Positions 1 to 11,649 of a stretch of 64,000 nucleotides of DNA are shown one piece after another. The notes under the pieces were generated by a model. The model was not told where the DNA came from. It ran no database searches and saw nothing but the letters and a program-made list of their open reading frames with translations. Origin of the DNA: Malacoraja senta (taxonomy: Eukaryota). The position numbers were made by a program, and so were the translations under genes. Every line of letters begins with the position of its first letter. The first letter of the stretch is position 1. Location: assembly GCA_038087875.1 (NCBI GenBank), contig CM075992.1, forward strand, positions 746,001 to 810,000, in the 5' to 3' direction.

Positions 1-324
1 CACACACACACACAAAGTGCGCACACATACGTGTACACAGGCATACACACAAATACAAGTACACACACACGCACGTACACAAGTACACGCACACAGACAT
101 CCACACAGGCACACAGCTGGTTCCATACACCCACCATTTACAAGAGGGAACAGCTCTCTAAGGTGGGTGGATCGGTGACTGACCCACAGTGGGTGCTGGA
201 GTCTGAGGGCAGTTAATGAGAGCAGGAAGTGGATTGGGTGTAACTGTGATGCGTGTTGGTTGGTGGGGACTCGGTGGCCTCTGTCCATGGCTGTGAGAAA
301 GCCTCACCAGTGCGGCAATCCTCA

Positions 325-535
325 GATAACGGGGCATGTATGACATGATGCTGATAACGGGGCATGTATGACATGATGCTGATAACTGGACATGTATGAC
401 GTGATGCTGATAACTGGACATGTATGATGTGATGGTGATAACTGGACATGTATGACATGATGCTGATAACTGGACATGTATGACGTGATGCTGATAACTG
501 GACATGTATGACATGATGCTGATAACTGGACATGT
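325..535. repeat. 28-bp minisatellite, about 7.5 copies
   Basis: Unit ATAACTGGACATGTATGACATGATGCTG repeated in tandem. Confidence 0.92.
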
Positions 536-626
536 GCGGCCGGTCACTGATACATGTATTAGTGTGAACAGCCACTGGGTGCGTGTGAGCAGTTATCTGT
601 CTTCACCGTGAATATTTCCAATGCAG

Positions 627-770
627 GGCTTTCCAAGTGGGCACAGGCTGGACGTTCATGTCCGGAGACCACACAGCGGGACCCAGCCCTTCTCCTGCGG
701 GACGTGTGAGAAAGCCTTTGGTCACTCCGCCAGTGTAGAGCAACACAGGGCCACACACATCCCAACCAAG
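627..770 (+). CDS. GFI1-family zinc-finger gene, exon encoding the end of ZF1 and ZF2 (diverged)
   Basis: Acceptor tgcag|, donor AAG|gtaagg, 144 nt, phase 0-0. [44 protein letters not shown] aligns to the GFI1/GFI1B exon [38 protein letters not shown]...H. Confidence 0.85.
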
Positions 771-789
771 GTAAGGAGTAACTGTGGAG

Positions 790-1035
790 ACAATAGGTGC
801 AGGTGTAGGCCACTCGGCCCTTCGAGCCAGCACCGCCATTCAATGTGATCATGGCTGATCATCCCCAATCAGTACCCCGTTCCTGCCTTCTCCCCATATC
901 CCCTGACTCCGCTATCTTTAAGAGCCCTATCTAGCTCTCTATTGAAAGTATCCAGAGAACCTGCCTCCACCGCCCTCTGAGGCAGAGAATTCCACAGACT
1001 CACCACTCTCTGTGAGAAAAAGTGTTTCCTCGTCT
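790..1035 (-). mobile_element. CR1-type LINE 3' end fragment
   Basis: Minus-strand peptide FFSQRVVSLWNSLPQRAVEAGSLDTFNRELDRAL...GYGEKAGTGY plus the CR1 3' UTR. Confidence 0.88.
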
Positions 1036-1389
1036 CCCACTTTAGATAGACACAAAATGCTGGAGTAACAGAGAAGGGTGGTCCTACTAATTCCACTGTT
1101 CGCTTCCTTATATTCCTGTCTTTAGCACTTCTTCCCCAGCCAACAATGGACCATTATGGACTCCACCCTTCCTGAGGTCATCCTGCTGCCGGCCCCCATT
1201 TGTTCTGGGCTTTTCTATCTTTCAGTCTGAAAAAGGGTCCCGACACAAAATGTTTCCCATTCCTTCTCTCCAGAGATGCTGCCTGACCTGCTGAGTTACT
1301 CCAGCATTTTGATATGGATTAAATAAACAGCCATGGGGGTGATTAAACTGGATCAATAATGTGATGCCCCCTAGGGTGAGTAGTATAAT

Positions 1390-1650
1390 TTAGTTTAGAG
1401 ATACAGCTCGGAAACAGGCCCTTCACCCCACCGAGACCGTGCCGACCAGCGATCCCCGCACACTAACACTATCCTACACGCACTAGGGACAATTACACCA
1501 AGCCAATTAACCTACAAACCTGTACGTCTTTGGAGTGTGGGAGGAAGCTGAAGATCTCGGAGAAAACCCACGTGGGTCACGGGGAGAACGTGCAAACTCC
1601 GTACAGACAGCACCCGTAGTCAGGATGGAACCTGGGTCTCTGGCGCTGTG
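1390..1650 (-). mobile_element. tRNA-derived V-SINE (HE1-like)
   Basis: Reverse complement has the V-domain (ggagtttgcacgttctccccgtgacc...cctcccacactccaaagac) and the gaagggcctgtttcc...ctctaaactaaa tail. Confidence 0.82.
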
Positions 1651-1872
1651 CTACCATGCAAGTACTCAGTTCCTCCACAATTGGTGTGACGGGATGCTGG
1701 GGCGTGAGGTTTGGCCGCTGAGACCTTGCCAAGATCGTTCCCTCACAGCAAGAGCTAACGAAGGGATACATAACGGCATTACATGCTCAAGCAGTAACCT
1801 ATTCCTTCTCTCCGGAGATGCTGCCTGAGCCGCTGAGTTACTCCAGCACTCTGTGTCTGCCTTTGGCATTAA

Positions 1873-2505
<633 letters not shown>

Positions 2506-2508
2506 TGA

Positions 2509-2892
<384 letters not shown>

Positions 2893-4126
2893 CGTAGGGT
2901 TCAGCCACTGCTGAAGATCTCCAGCTGGGCCAATAAACGTTGACCTCGTTTGGTGTCTCAGCCATTGAACAACTTTCCAACTCGACGAATGAGTGACCAA
3001 TGAACAATGTCCTAGCCCTCCAATTCAGCCAATCAGAAATTCTACATGATGATTTATTTAACCAATGAGAAATATTTCTCCTCTCCAAACTGAACCAAAA
3101 AGACATTGTTATCTGAAGAACTGAATGGAGGAGACATTGGCAGCCTGAAGAAGGGTCTTGACCCGAAACGTCACCCATTCCTTCTCTCCAGAGATGCTGT
3201 TTGTCTCGCTGAGTTACTCCAGCATTCTGTGTCTATCTTTTCTGTTGCTACACAGCCAGAAATCAACGAGCTGTTCCAGAATCTTTTGAAATTGGTGCAG
3301 AGTCATAGAGTGATACAGTGTGGAACAGGCCTTTCGCCCCCAACTTGCCCACACCGACAAACATGCCACAGCTACACTAGTTCCACCTGCCAGCATTTGG
3401 TCCATATCCCTCTAAACCTGTCCTATCCATGTACCTCTTTAAATGTTTATTAAACATTGCGATAGTCCCTGCAAGGGTCCAGAGAGTCTGCCAACCCATT
3501 TTGAAGGGTTTACCTGCCAGGGGCAGGGAAAGTAGCTCTCTCCTCCATTCTGCACTGGGTGGAAAACTGAAAAAAACAAGGACTACAACCATGCAAAGCC
3601 TTCTTAACATTTTTGGGAAATATTTTTAAAATGTAACATTGTGCCTTAACCTGGAAACATGTCAGCGGAATTAGAACTGGTCACCACTTTCTCTTGAATC
3701 TCAGGGAAATGACAAAAGTCATAGTTATAGAGTGATAGTGTGGAAACAGGCCCTTCGGCCCAACATGCCTACACCGGCCAACATGTCCCAGCTACACTAG
3801 TCCCACCTGCCTGCGTTTGGCCCATATTCCTCCAAACCTGTCGTATCCATGTATCTATCTAAATGTTTCTTGAATGTTGGGATAGTCCCAGCCTCAACTA
3901 CCTCCTCTGGCAGCTCGTTCCATACACCCACCACCCTTTGTGTGAAAAAGTTACCCCTCAGATTCCTATTAAATCATTTCCCCTTCACCTTGCCACTTAG
4001 TTTACAGCTCCAGTCAGAGCTCCGTGTAATAGCCTTTTGTAACCTCTGTCCTGATGGTGCAGTGGGAATTGTTGCATTTCAGGTTTCTTCTGTTGTAAAT
4101 GCTTGTATGATATATTTTTAATTAAT

Positions 4127-4132
4127 AATAAA
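4127..4132 (+). terminator. Candidate polyadenylation signal of the GFI1-like gene (alternative AATAAA at 2932-2937)
   Basis: AATAAA preceded by TGTA motifs and AT-rich sequence, followed by GT-rich sequence. Confidence 0.4.
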
Positions 4133-6046
4133 GAAATCCCCAATTTACAAAGGTGGTTTTACAATGTGGGTTGGGAGCTGGCTTCACTGTTGTTACAGTT
4201 TGATGTGGAAACAGTAATGTCCTGCTGAATAATCTATTGGTTATCTTGTGTTCGTAAGTGATAGGAGCAGCATTAGGCCATTTGGCCCATCAAGTCTACG
4301 CCATTCAATCATGGCTGATCTACCTTCTCTCTCATCCCCATTCTCCTGCCTTCACCCCATAACCCCTGACACCCGTACTAATCAAGAATCTATCTATCTC
4401 TGCCTTAGAAATATCCATTGACAGCCTCCACAGCCTTCTGTGGCAAATAATTTCCACAGGTTCATCACAGGGACACAGAGGTGGCCGTGCGGGCGAAGGA
4501 GACAGAGGAGGCCCTGCAGCAGCCTGGGGCTCGCCTGGATCGGGAGCTGCTCCGTATATCCAGCACACGGACCGGACTTTTTGTAAATGGCGCCAAAATA
4601 TGGCGACTCGTGCAAGTGTGATCTATGCAGAAATAATCTCACGGGTACGCAGGTGCATACGTGACAATAAAGCACCTTTGTAGCGTCACACACTATAGGT
4701 GAAGTGTGGATGATTTGGAGTGTTGTTGAAGGGGTTTACCAGGATACTACCTGAACTAGAGACTATATTCTGTGACAGTATATATATATATATGTTACCA
4801 CACAGATTATGCATGCTGCACATCCCTTATGTCACTCATACTGCTAATCCGCCCACAGACTTGATAGTAAGTTCTGTCTCTCTCTGGTTAGACTAGCTGA
4901 ATACATGGAGACGAAAGCACCTAGTGTTTCCACCGCAGATTTGCTAATAAAAGACTATGGATTCTAATCACTATGTGTGAGTCTGATCATTTCAACAAGC
5001 AATATATACAATTATGCAAGGCAAAGATAAGGATGGGGTCTTTTTCCCAGGTGGAAATGTCAAACACCAGAGGGCGTACTTTTAAGGTGAGAGAGGTAAT
5101 GTTTAAAAAGAGATTTACGAGGCATGTTTATTTTTTACAGAATGGGACAGGTGTCTGGAATGCAATGCAGGAAGTGGTGGAAGCAGATATGAGAGCAATA
5201 TTTAAGGGCATTTAGACAGACAGGCATGGGTTTGGTATAATGGCCGGCTCGAACAATTTGGGCCTGGTCCTATTCACCGGCTGGACTGTTCTATGTCCCA
5301 AAGGCGTTAAAGCTCAAAATGTCTTCTTGAAGTATTATAATAGTGATTTAAGCCACCTCGTCCAATTAACTTCAAACATTTTTTTCTGAATTCTGGAAAC
5401 CGACGAAACGGAGATTTTTGCTCAGAGGTTGGGAGAGGCAGAGATGGAGCGAATAGGCTGTGAACTTGTGTTAAGATAGTGTATTTTTGTGGAACTTAAT
5501 GATAAGCTTGTGGCTCATTGTTGTGCTAAGGGCTGGAAGCTATCAAACCTTGATAGTCGTGCTGGTGATTGAAGTGTGGAGGAAGGAACTGCAGATCCTG
5601 GTTTACACTGAAGATGGTCACAAAATGCTGGAGTAACTCAGCGGGACAGGCAGCATCTCTGGAGAGAAGGAATGGGTGTCTTTCTGGGTCGAGACCCTTC
5701 TTCAGACTTGGAGACAGGGGAGAAGGAAACAAGAGATATAATATTTCTCATTGCCCTCTCCCTTGACTCTCAGTCCAAAGAAGGGTCTTGACCCAAAACG
5801 ACACCTATTCCTTTTTCTCCAGGTGCTGCCTGACCCACTGAGTAATTCCAGCTTTTTGTGTCTATCTCTGCTGTGTGTGAAGTGTTTATCTGTCTTGTAC
5901 AAGGATGTTCCACATTTTTCTTCCAGTTGTAATTTAATTTATATTCCAGTAAACTGTACAAAGAATAGCAAGTTGTAATTTAATTCACAAGAATATGTTG
6001 TCTGTCAGCCTTTCTTACATGACTTCTCCATTAATGAACATGGATG

Positions 6047-6260
6047 GGGCGGCATGGTTGGAGCAACGGTAGAGCTACTGCCTTGCAGCGCCAGAGACCC
6101 GGTTCAATCCCGACTATAGATGCTGCCTGTACGGAGTTCTACGTTCTCCCGTGACCGCGTGGGTTTTCTCAGAGATCTTCGGTTTCCTCCCACACTCCAA
6201 AGACATACAGGTTTGTGGGTTAATTCGCTTGGTATAAATGTCAATTGTCCCAAGTGTGTG
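6047..6260 (+). mobile_element. V-SINE (HE1-like)
   Basis: tRNA-like head (ggcggcatggttggagcaacggtagag...ggttcaatcc) followed by the V-domain. Confidence 0.8.
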
Positions 6261-6353
6261 TAAGCTAGGTCTCTGTCTAGTGGACATTATAGAACAGGAG
6301 CGAATCACAATTCTTAAGCATTCCATTCATTTTGCATAAATTAATTCTTTACT

Positions 6354-6359
6354 TTTATT
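6354..6359 (-). terminator. Candidate TRAPPC5 polyadenylation signal
   Basis: TTTATT on + (AATAAA on -) about 770 nt after the stop, at the end of a non-repetitive 3' UTR-like stretch. Confidence 0.5.
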
Positions 6360-7126
6360 AGAACAATGCGTACAAGTGCTCCAAGACTAATTTTTACTGC
6401 AGATAGGTTCAAGTGAAAGAATGGAAATGGATTATCGCAAACATTAACTGTTTTCAGAGTGCAAAACAAAAACTCTAATTCTGACACAAAATAGCTCTGA
6501 AGTTCTTAACAATCTCCTGATCCAATATGAATGGATTTCCAGTGTAAATATTAAGCTTTCTTTAGTTAATTTACTGGTTAATTTACAAAGGACAGCGTTT
6601 CCATAAAAGCCATTAAATAAAACTACTTTTCTCGGTACAGCAGGTACATTATCCCTACTACAACAGAGGAGACTTACATTACCGTTCTCCACACTATTAC
6701 AGGGATCCCCTCTCATGAGAATTGCAATAAACTCAGGCAACACTTTCATAGCTGGACAGGGATCGTCAGCGACTCCAACACACACAGAATCACCACAAAC
6801 AGAAGAGTTTGTCACTGCCACCAAAGCAACCCGAGATTTTGTAATGGTTTTATAAGCAATGCTAATTTTCACAACCAACAGATAATTAATACCAAGTGCC
6901 AGCAAATCCTCCTTATTTAGATTTCCTAAAGCACAGAAGAATGAAGCAGGCGGAATAAGAGATACAATTAAACAGCAACACTTGCACACTTGGAATGGTT
7001 AATAGTCCACAGCAGGCAGGTGAAACAGGAGGGGCAGGTGGAGACAAAGTTATCTTAACACTGCACATGGTATACTGTTCTTGACGTCTTTGGGCAGTTG
7101 GATGAGAGAGGGGGAGTGCGCGCATC

Positions 7127-7699
7127 TTATCGCCCATCCAAAGTCTTGTCGCGTGCAATGACAGACTCATCAAACTTGATCATGAGGGTGGTGCCCTTGT
7201 GCCAGTGGGCTGTGACCTTGGCGGGGAATCCGCTGTAGGAGAGGATGGCCTCCACGATGCCCGCGGTGAAGGAGGCACAGTTGAGCGTGCTGTTCTCCTT
7301 GGGCACCGAGATGTAGGAGTTGATGAGCGGCTCCTTCTCGATGATGTAGTAGGTCTTGTCGTCGTCATTGGCCTGCTCCAGCTTGTCCGCCTCCTTGCCG
7401 AACAAGGCCTTCCACACGTTGACCTTGATGAAGAGCAGGACGTTGATCACCTTGGTCTCACGCTTGCCGTTCTTCTCCCGCATAACCAGCACGTCTAAGA
7501 TTCGGGCCCCCACCTGATGGCCCAGCTCCGACAGCTTGTTCTGAAGCTCTGACACCGAGTACACGCGGTTCTGGCAGTACTGCACGATCTCGGAGAAGAG
7601 CAGAGCGAAGGCGCTCAGGCTGACCTCTGACTTGGGGCGGGTGAGCGAGCGCTCCAGGATGGCCGACTTGCCCCTGGTGAAGCGAGTATCCATGGCCAT
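7127..7699 (-). CDS. TRAPPC5: Trafficking protein particle complex subunit 5
   Basis: ORF (MA)MDTRFTRGKSAILERSLTRPKSEVSLSAFALLFSE...AHWHKGTTLMIKFDESVIARDKTLDGR*; 188 aa from the second ATG (7693), matching vertebrate TRAPPC5. Splice acceptor tcatccccag| lies 1 nt before the first ATG. Confidence 0.97.
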   Translation of the reverse strand: MAMDTRFTRGKSAILERSLTRPKSEVSLSAFALLFSEIVQYCQNRVYSVSELQNKLSELGHQVGARILDVLVMREKNGKRETKVINVLLFIKVNVWKALFGKEADKLEQANDDDKTYYIIEKEPLINSYISVPKENSTLNCASFTAGIVEAILSYSGFPAKVTAHWHKGTTLMIKFDESVIARDKTLDGR

Positions 7700-7891
7700 G
7701 CTGGGGATGAGCAGACAAACACGTCACAGCACTGGCAAGACCGGGATTATACAGCTGTACACTGGATGGTCAATCACTGGCTCCACCTTGCACTAAACGT
7801 TACTCCCTTAACATGTATCTACACGCTGTGAATGGCTCGATTGTAATCATGTTTTGTCTTTCCGCTGACTGGATAGCATACAACAAAAGCT

Positions 7892-8082
7892 GGAGAAACT
7901 CAGTGGGGTGAGGCAGCATCTATGGAGCGAAGGAAATAGGTAACGTTTCGGGTCGAGACCCTTCTTCAGACCCGAAACGTTGCCTATTTCCCTTCGCTCC
8001 ATAGATGCTGCCTCACCCGCTGAGTTCCTCCAGCATTTTTGTCTACCTTCGATTTTCCAGCATCTGCAGTTCTTTCTTTAAC
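7892..8082. mobile_element. Fold-back Penelope-tail element with hammerhead core
   Basis: Inverted arms; core CTGAAGAAGGGTCTCGACCCGAAACGTT on - at 7942-7969; flanked by a direct repeat ACAACAAAAGCT (7880-7891, 8083-8094). Confidence 0.72.
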
Positions 8083-8434
8083 ACAACAAAAGCTAATCAC
8101 TGCACCTTGGCACACGTGACAATAAACTAAACCAAACTAAACAAAGGCACAACCAAAGTCGCTAGCAGAGCCACTGCCTCACAGCTCCAGAGACCCGGGT
8201 TCGATCATGACTACGAGTGCTGCCTGTGAGGAGTTTGTACGTTCTCCCGTGGGTTTGTAGGTTAATTGGCCTCTGTAAACTTGCCCCTAGTGTGTGTGTG
8301 GGGGGTGGATGAGAAAGAGAGATAACATAGAACTAGTGTGAGCGTGTGATCGATGGTTTGCGTGGACTCGGTGGGCTGAAGGGCCTGTTTCCATGCGTTT
8401 ACATCTGTGAACCAGATAAGAGCTGCAGGGAGAT

Positions 8435-8840
8435 CTCGCTGGAATTTAGAAGATTGAGGGGGGATCTTACAGAAACTTACAAAATTCTTAAGGGGTTGGA
8501 CAGGCTAGATGCAGGAAGATTGTTCCCGATGTTGGGAAGTCCAGAACAAGGGGTCAGTTTAAGGATAAGGGGGAGTCTTTTAGGACCGAGATTGAGAATT
8601 TTTTTTTTCACACAGAGTGGTGAATCTGTGGAATTCTCTGTCACAGAGGGTAGTTGAGGCCAGTTCATTGGCTATATTTAAGAGGGAGTTAGATGTGGCC
8701 CTTGTGGCTAAAGGGATCAGGGGTATGGGAGAAAGGCAGGTACAGGATACTGAGTTGGATGATCAGCCATGATCATATTGAATGGCGTGCAGGCTCGAAG
8801 GGCCCAATGGCCTCCTCCTGCACCTATTTTCTATGTTTAC
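8435..8840 (+). mobile_element. CR1-type LINE 3' fragment
   Basis: SLEFRRLRGDLTETYKILKGLDRLDAGRLFPMLG, then frameshifts and the CR1 tail. Confidence 0.88.
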
Positions 8841-8979
8841 CCAGTCAAGGGCGTTGAGTGTAAAAGTCAGGAAGAGGTGATGGAGCTTTATGGACCATTA
8901 TGTGCACAGACAGCGTAGAGTCAGGGCATCCTGGCCCACACACCCCACCCCACCTCAATGTCCCTGGGGCTTCCCACAC

Positions 8980-9450
8980 CTTCCCTCCTCCCCCCACCCC
9001 TCTCTCTCTCTCTCTCCCTCTCCCCTCCCTCTCTCTCTCTCCCTCTCCCCACCCTCTCTCTCTCTCCCTCCCCCCCACCCCTCTCTCCCCTCCCCTCAAT
9101 TCCCCCATCTCTCCCCACCCTCTCTCCCTCCTTTCTCTCTCTCTCTCTCCCCACTCCCCCTCGCCCCTCACTTCCTCTCTCCCCTTTCTCTCACTACCTC
9201 CACCCTTCCTCTTCCCCCCTTCTCTCCCCCCCTCCCCCCTTTCTCTCCCCTTTCTCTCCCCCCCTCCCACTTTCTCTCTCCCCCCCTCCCCCCTTTCTCT
9301 CCCCCCCTCCCCCCTTTCTCTCCCCCCCCTCCCCCTTTCCTCCCCCCCCTCCCCCCCTTTCTCTCCCCCCCCTCCCCCCTTTCTCTCCCCCCCTCCCCCC
9401 TTTCTCTCCCCCCCCTCCCCCCTTTTCTCCCCCCCCCTCCTCTCTCCCCC
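8980..9450. repeat. Polypyrimidine (C/T) low-complexity tract in TRAPPC5 intron 1
   Basis: Almost exclusively C and T on +, with units such as CCCCCTTTCTCTCCCCCCCT. Confidence 0.92.
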
Positions 9451-9545
9451 GGTATTTCCGTCACTCCCCTCCCTCTACCCGGTGGGGCCGGCCCGGGCCG
9501 GGTGCTGCTGCTGCTGCCACCCTCCTTCTCTCCCCCCCCCGGTAC

Positions 9546-9620
9546 CTGGCGACCGCGCTCTTGTTCCCGCCTTGACTTCACTTCACCGTCACCGTCGCCG
9601 CTCCGGGCGTTCACTTCCGG
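9546..9620 (-). other. TRAPPC5: Probable non-coding first exon of TRAPPC5
   Basis: CpG-rich segment ending in donor CCAG|gtaccg on - (9546/9545); the start site is approximate. Confidence 0.7.
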
Positions 9621-9720
9621 GTCGGGTCACGCTGGCCCAGAACCCTCCTCCCATTGGCCGCGGCCGGTCACGTGGACCGGATGGAGCCCCGTCAACCCTG
9701 GAGAGGTTGGCCAACAACTT
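9605..9720. promoter_or_regulatory. CpG-rich housekeeping-type promoter
   Basis: ETS site ACTTCCGG 9613-9620, CCAAT (ATTGG) 9653-9657, E-box GTCACGTGG 9667-9675. Confidence 0.7.
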
Positions 9721-9749
9721 GGGCTAGAATGGGCCTGGTCAAGGAATGG

Positions 9750-10000
9750 CCTTGGCATGGGTTGGCATGGATTAGCATAGCCTGGCCAAAGAATGGGTTA
9801 GCATGGGTTGGCATGGGTTAGCATGGGTTGGAATGGGTTAGCATACCTGGCCAAAGAATGAGTTGGCATGGTTAGCATGGATTAGTATGGGTTAGCATGG
9901 GTTAGCATGGGTTGGCATAGCCTGGCCAAAGAATGGGTTAGCTTGGCATAGGCTTGGCCAAGGAATGGGCTTGGCAGGGCTGGCATGGGCTAGCATAGGC
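9750..10000. repeat. 10-bp minisatellite (GCATGGGTTR)
   Basis: Tandem gcatgggtta/gcatgggttg units interspersed with cctggccaaagaatg. Confidence 0.85.
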
Positions 10001-11435
10001 TTCACACAGCAGTAGCCAGCCAGACTGAAGAATGGTCTCGACCCGAACGTCACCCATTCCTTCTCTTCAGAGATGCTGCCTGTCCCGCTGAGTTACTCCA
10101 GCTTTTTGTGTCCACCTCTGAATATAATGAAGTTAGGATGTTATGTGATAGTCATACAAGACCACTGGGGAGGCCACATTTGGAGTATTGTGTCCAGTTT
10201 TGGACACACTAATAGGAATGATGTTAAGCTGGAAAGTGCAGACAAGATTTATTGTCTATTGTCAAAAGCATTTGCCTGGAGGAGAGATGGTGAGACCATG
10301 GGGAGAACAAATAGGATCATTGTAACTAATATTAAGTTACAATAACATTAAGTTACTCTTAAAATTAAGAGTCTGAAGACGACCCATTCCTTCTCTCCAG
10401 AGATGCTGCCTGCCCTACTGAGTTACTCCAGCATTTTGTGTCTATCTTCAGTGTAAACCAAAGATACTAGCTCCTCTAGTATCTTTGGTGTAAACCAGCA
10501 TCTGCAGTTCATAGAAACATAGAAAATAGGTGCAAGAATAGGCCATTCGGCCCTTTGAGTCAGCACCGCCATTCAATATGATCATGGTTGATCATCCAAA
10601 TCAGTACCCCCTTCCTGCTTTTTCCCCATATCCCTTGATTCCCTTGGCCCTAAGAGCTAAAATCTAACTCTCTCTTGAAAATATCCTTCCTGCACGTTCT
10701 CCCCTGAGGTGATGGGTCGGGGATTGCACGATCGGACAGAAGGGGGCAGGAGTGGTTCCAGAGGCATTTTTGCGTCGGCTCCATTTGCAAGGGCACCTTT
10801 GTTCCCTTTAGACCCTGGTTAAAGACAGGATGGGATTCCCACTGTTGGCGAGATTGAAACTCGTCCCTGACAGTAAAGCAGACTCCAGGCTGGGGAATGA
10901 TGGCATGAACGAGAGAGTAGGATCAAGGCAGAAGTGAGGTTTGTGGCCATTTAGGGAGAAAACTTATACTAAGTTGCTCTAAGTGAATTAGGTCTCGCAG
11001 CTTCAAGGTGGCTCCTCTGTGTCAGGAAGTAATAGTGTTTATCAATATAAATAAAGGTCCAGATTCCTCGCACGGGTCTGCAAATGTCAATAGCTTTACC
11101 ATTTTTAAACAGCCTTAACATTTTTATACTGCCTTACAATTTTAACAATAATTTTACCATTTTTAAATAGCTTTACTATTAAAAAAAAAGACCTTTTGAA
11201 GGATTTATTAAGAGTATTTTAAAAGGGCAAATCTTGAGCTCCAGGGAGATGCGAAGGTATTTGTGCAGGTGGACAGACAGGTGCTGCATGAGTTGAGTAT
11301 TGCAGGAGTTGTATCAGGTGAGGACGGGATCAGTGCAGCTTAGTCAGAGTGTTCTAGGTGGGCTCCAGTGCTGTGGGTGGCGTTGGATGGATCTAGCCGT
11401 GTTCAGGATACATCAGGCGAAGGATTCCGTATTCG

Positions 11436-11649
11436 ATGTGTTCCTGCTCCGACCCTTTGCCCATGAGCAGCGCCGCTCTGCTGCCCCCGTCTCTGGATGC
11501 CATGCACCGGGATCAGCGGGGAACCGAGAGCCCAGGACTTTGGCAGCAGCGTGGAAACAGCCCGGCAGATGGGACCCCGCAGCTGATAGAGCTGGTCCGC
11601 AACTTCGCACACAAGCTGGCGCAGTTTAAAGACGTCCTTCAATTACACG
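11436..11649 (+). CDS. GMIP: GMIP long-isoform N-terminal exon L1
   Basis: MCSCSD...PQLIELVRNFAHKLAQFKDVLQLH, phase-1 donor G|gtaggt; resembles ARHGAP45 SHLLADVARFAEGLEKLKECVLHD. The start is uncertain (possible acceptor at 11406/11407). Confidence 0.75.

Noticed and set aside
6444..6989. 181-aa ORF downstream of TRAPPC5
   Set aside because: No recognisable domain; lies in the probable 3' UTR.
7127..7699. TRAPPC5 as a processed retrocopy because the CDS has no intron
   Set aside because: An acceptor precedes the ATG and a non-coding first exon with a CpG promoter lies upstream; a single coding exon is normal for vertebrate TRAPPC5.
8845..9780. Long Pro/Leu/Ser-rich and Gly/Arg/Glu-rich ORFs
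   Set aside because: Artefacts of the C/T low-complexity tract.
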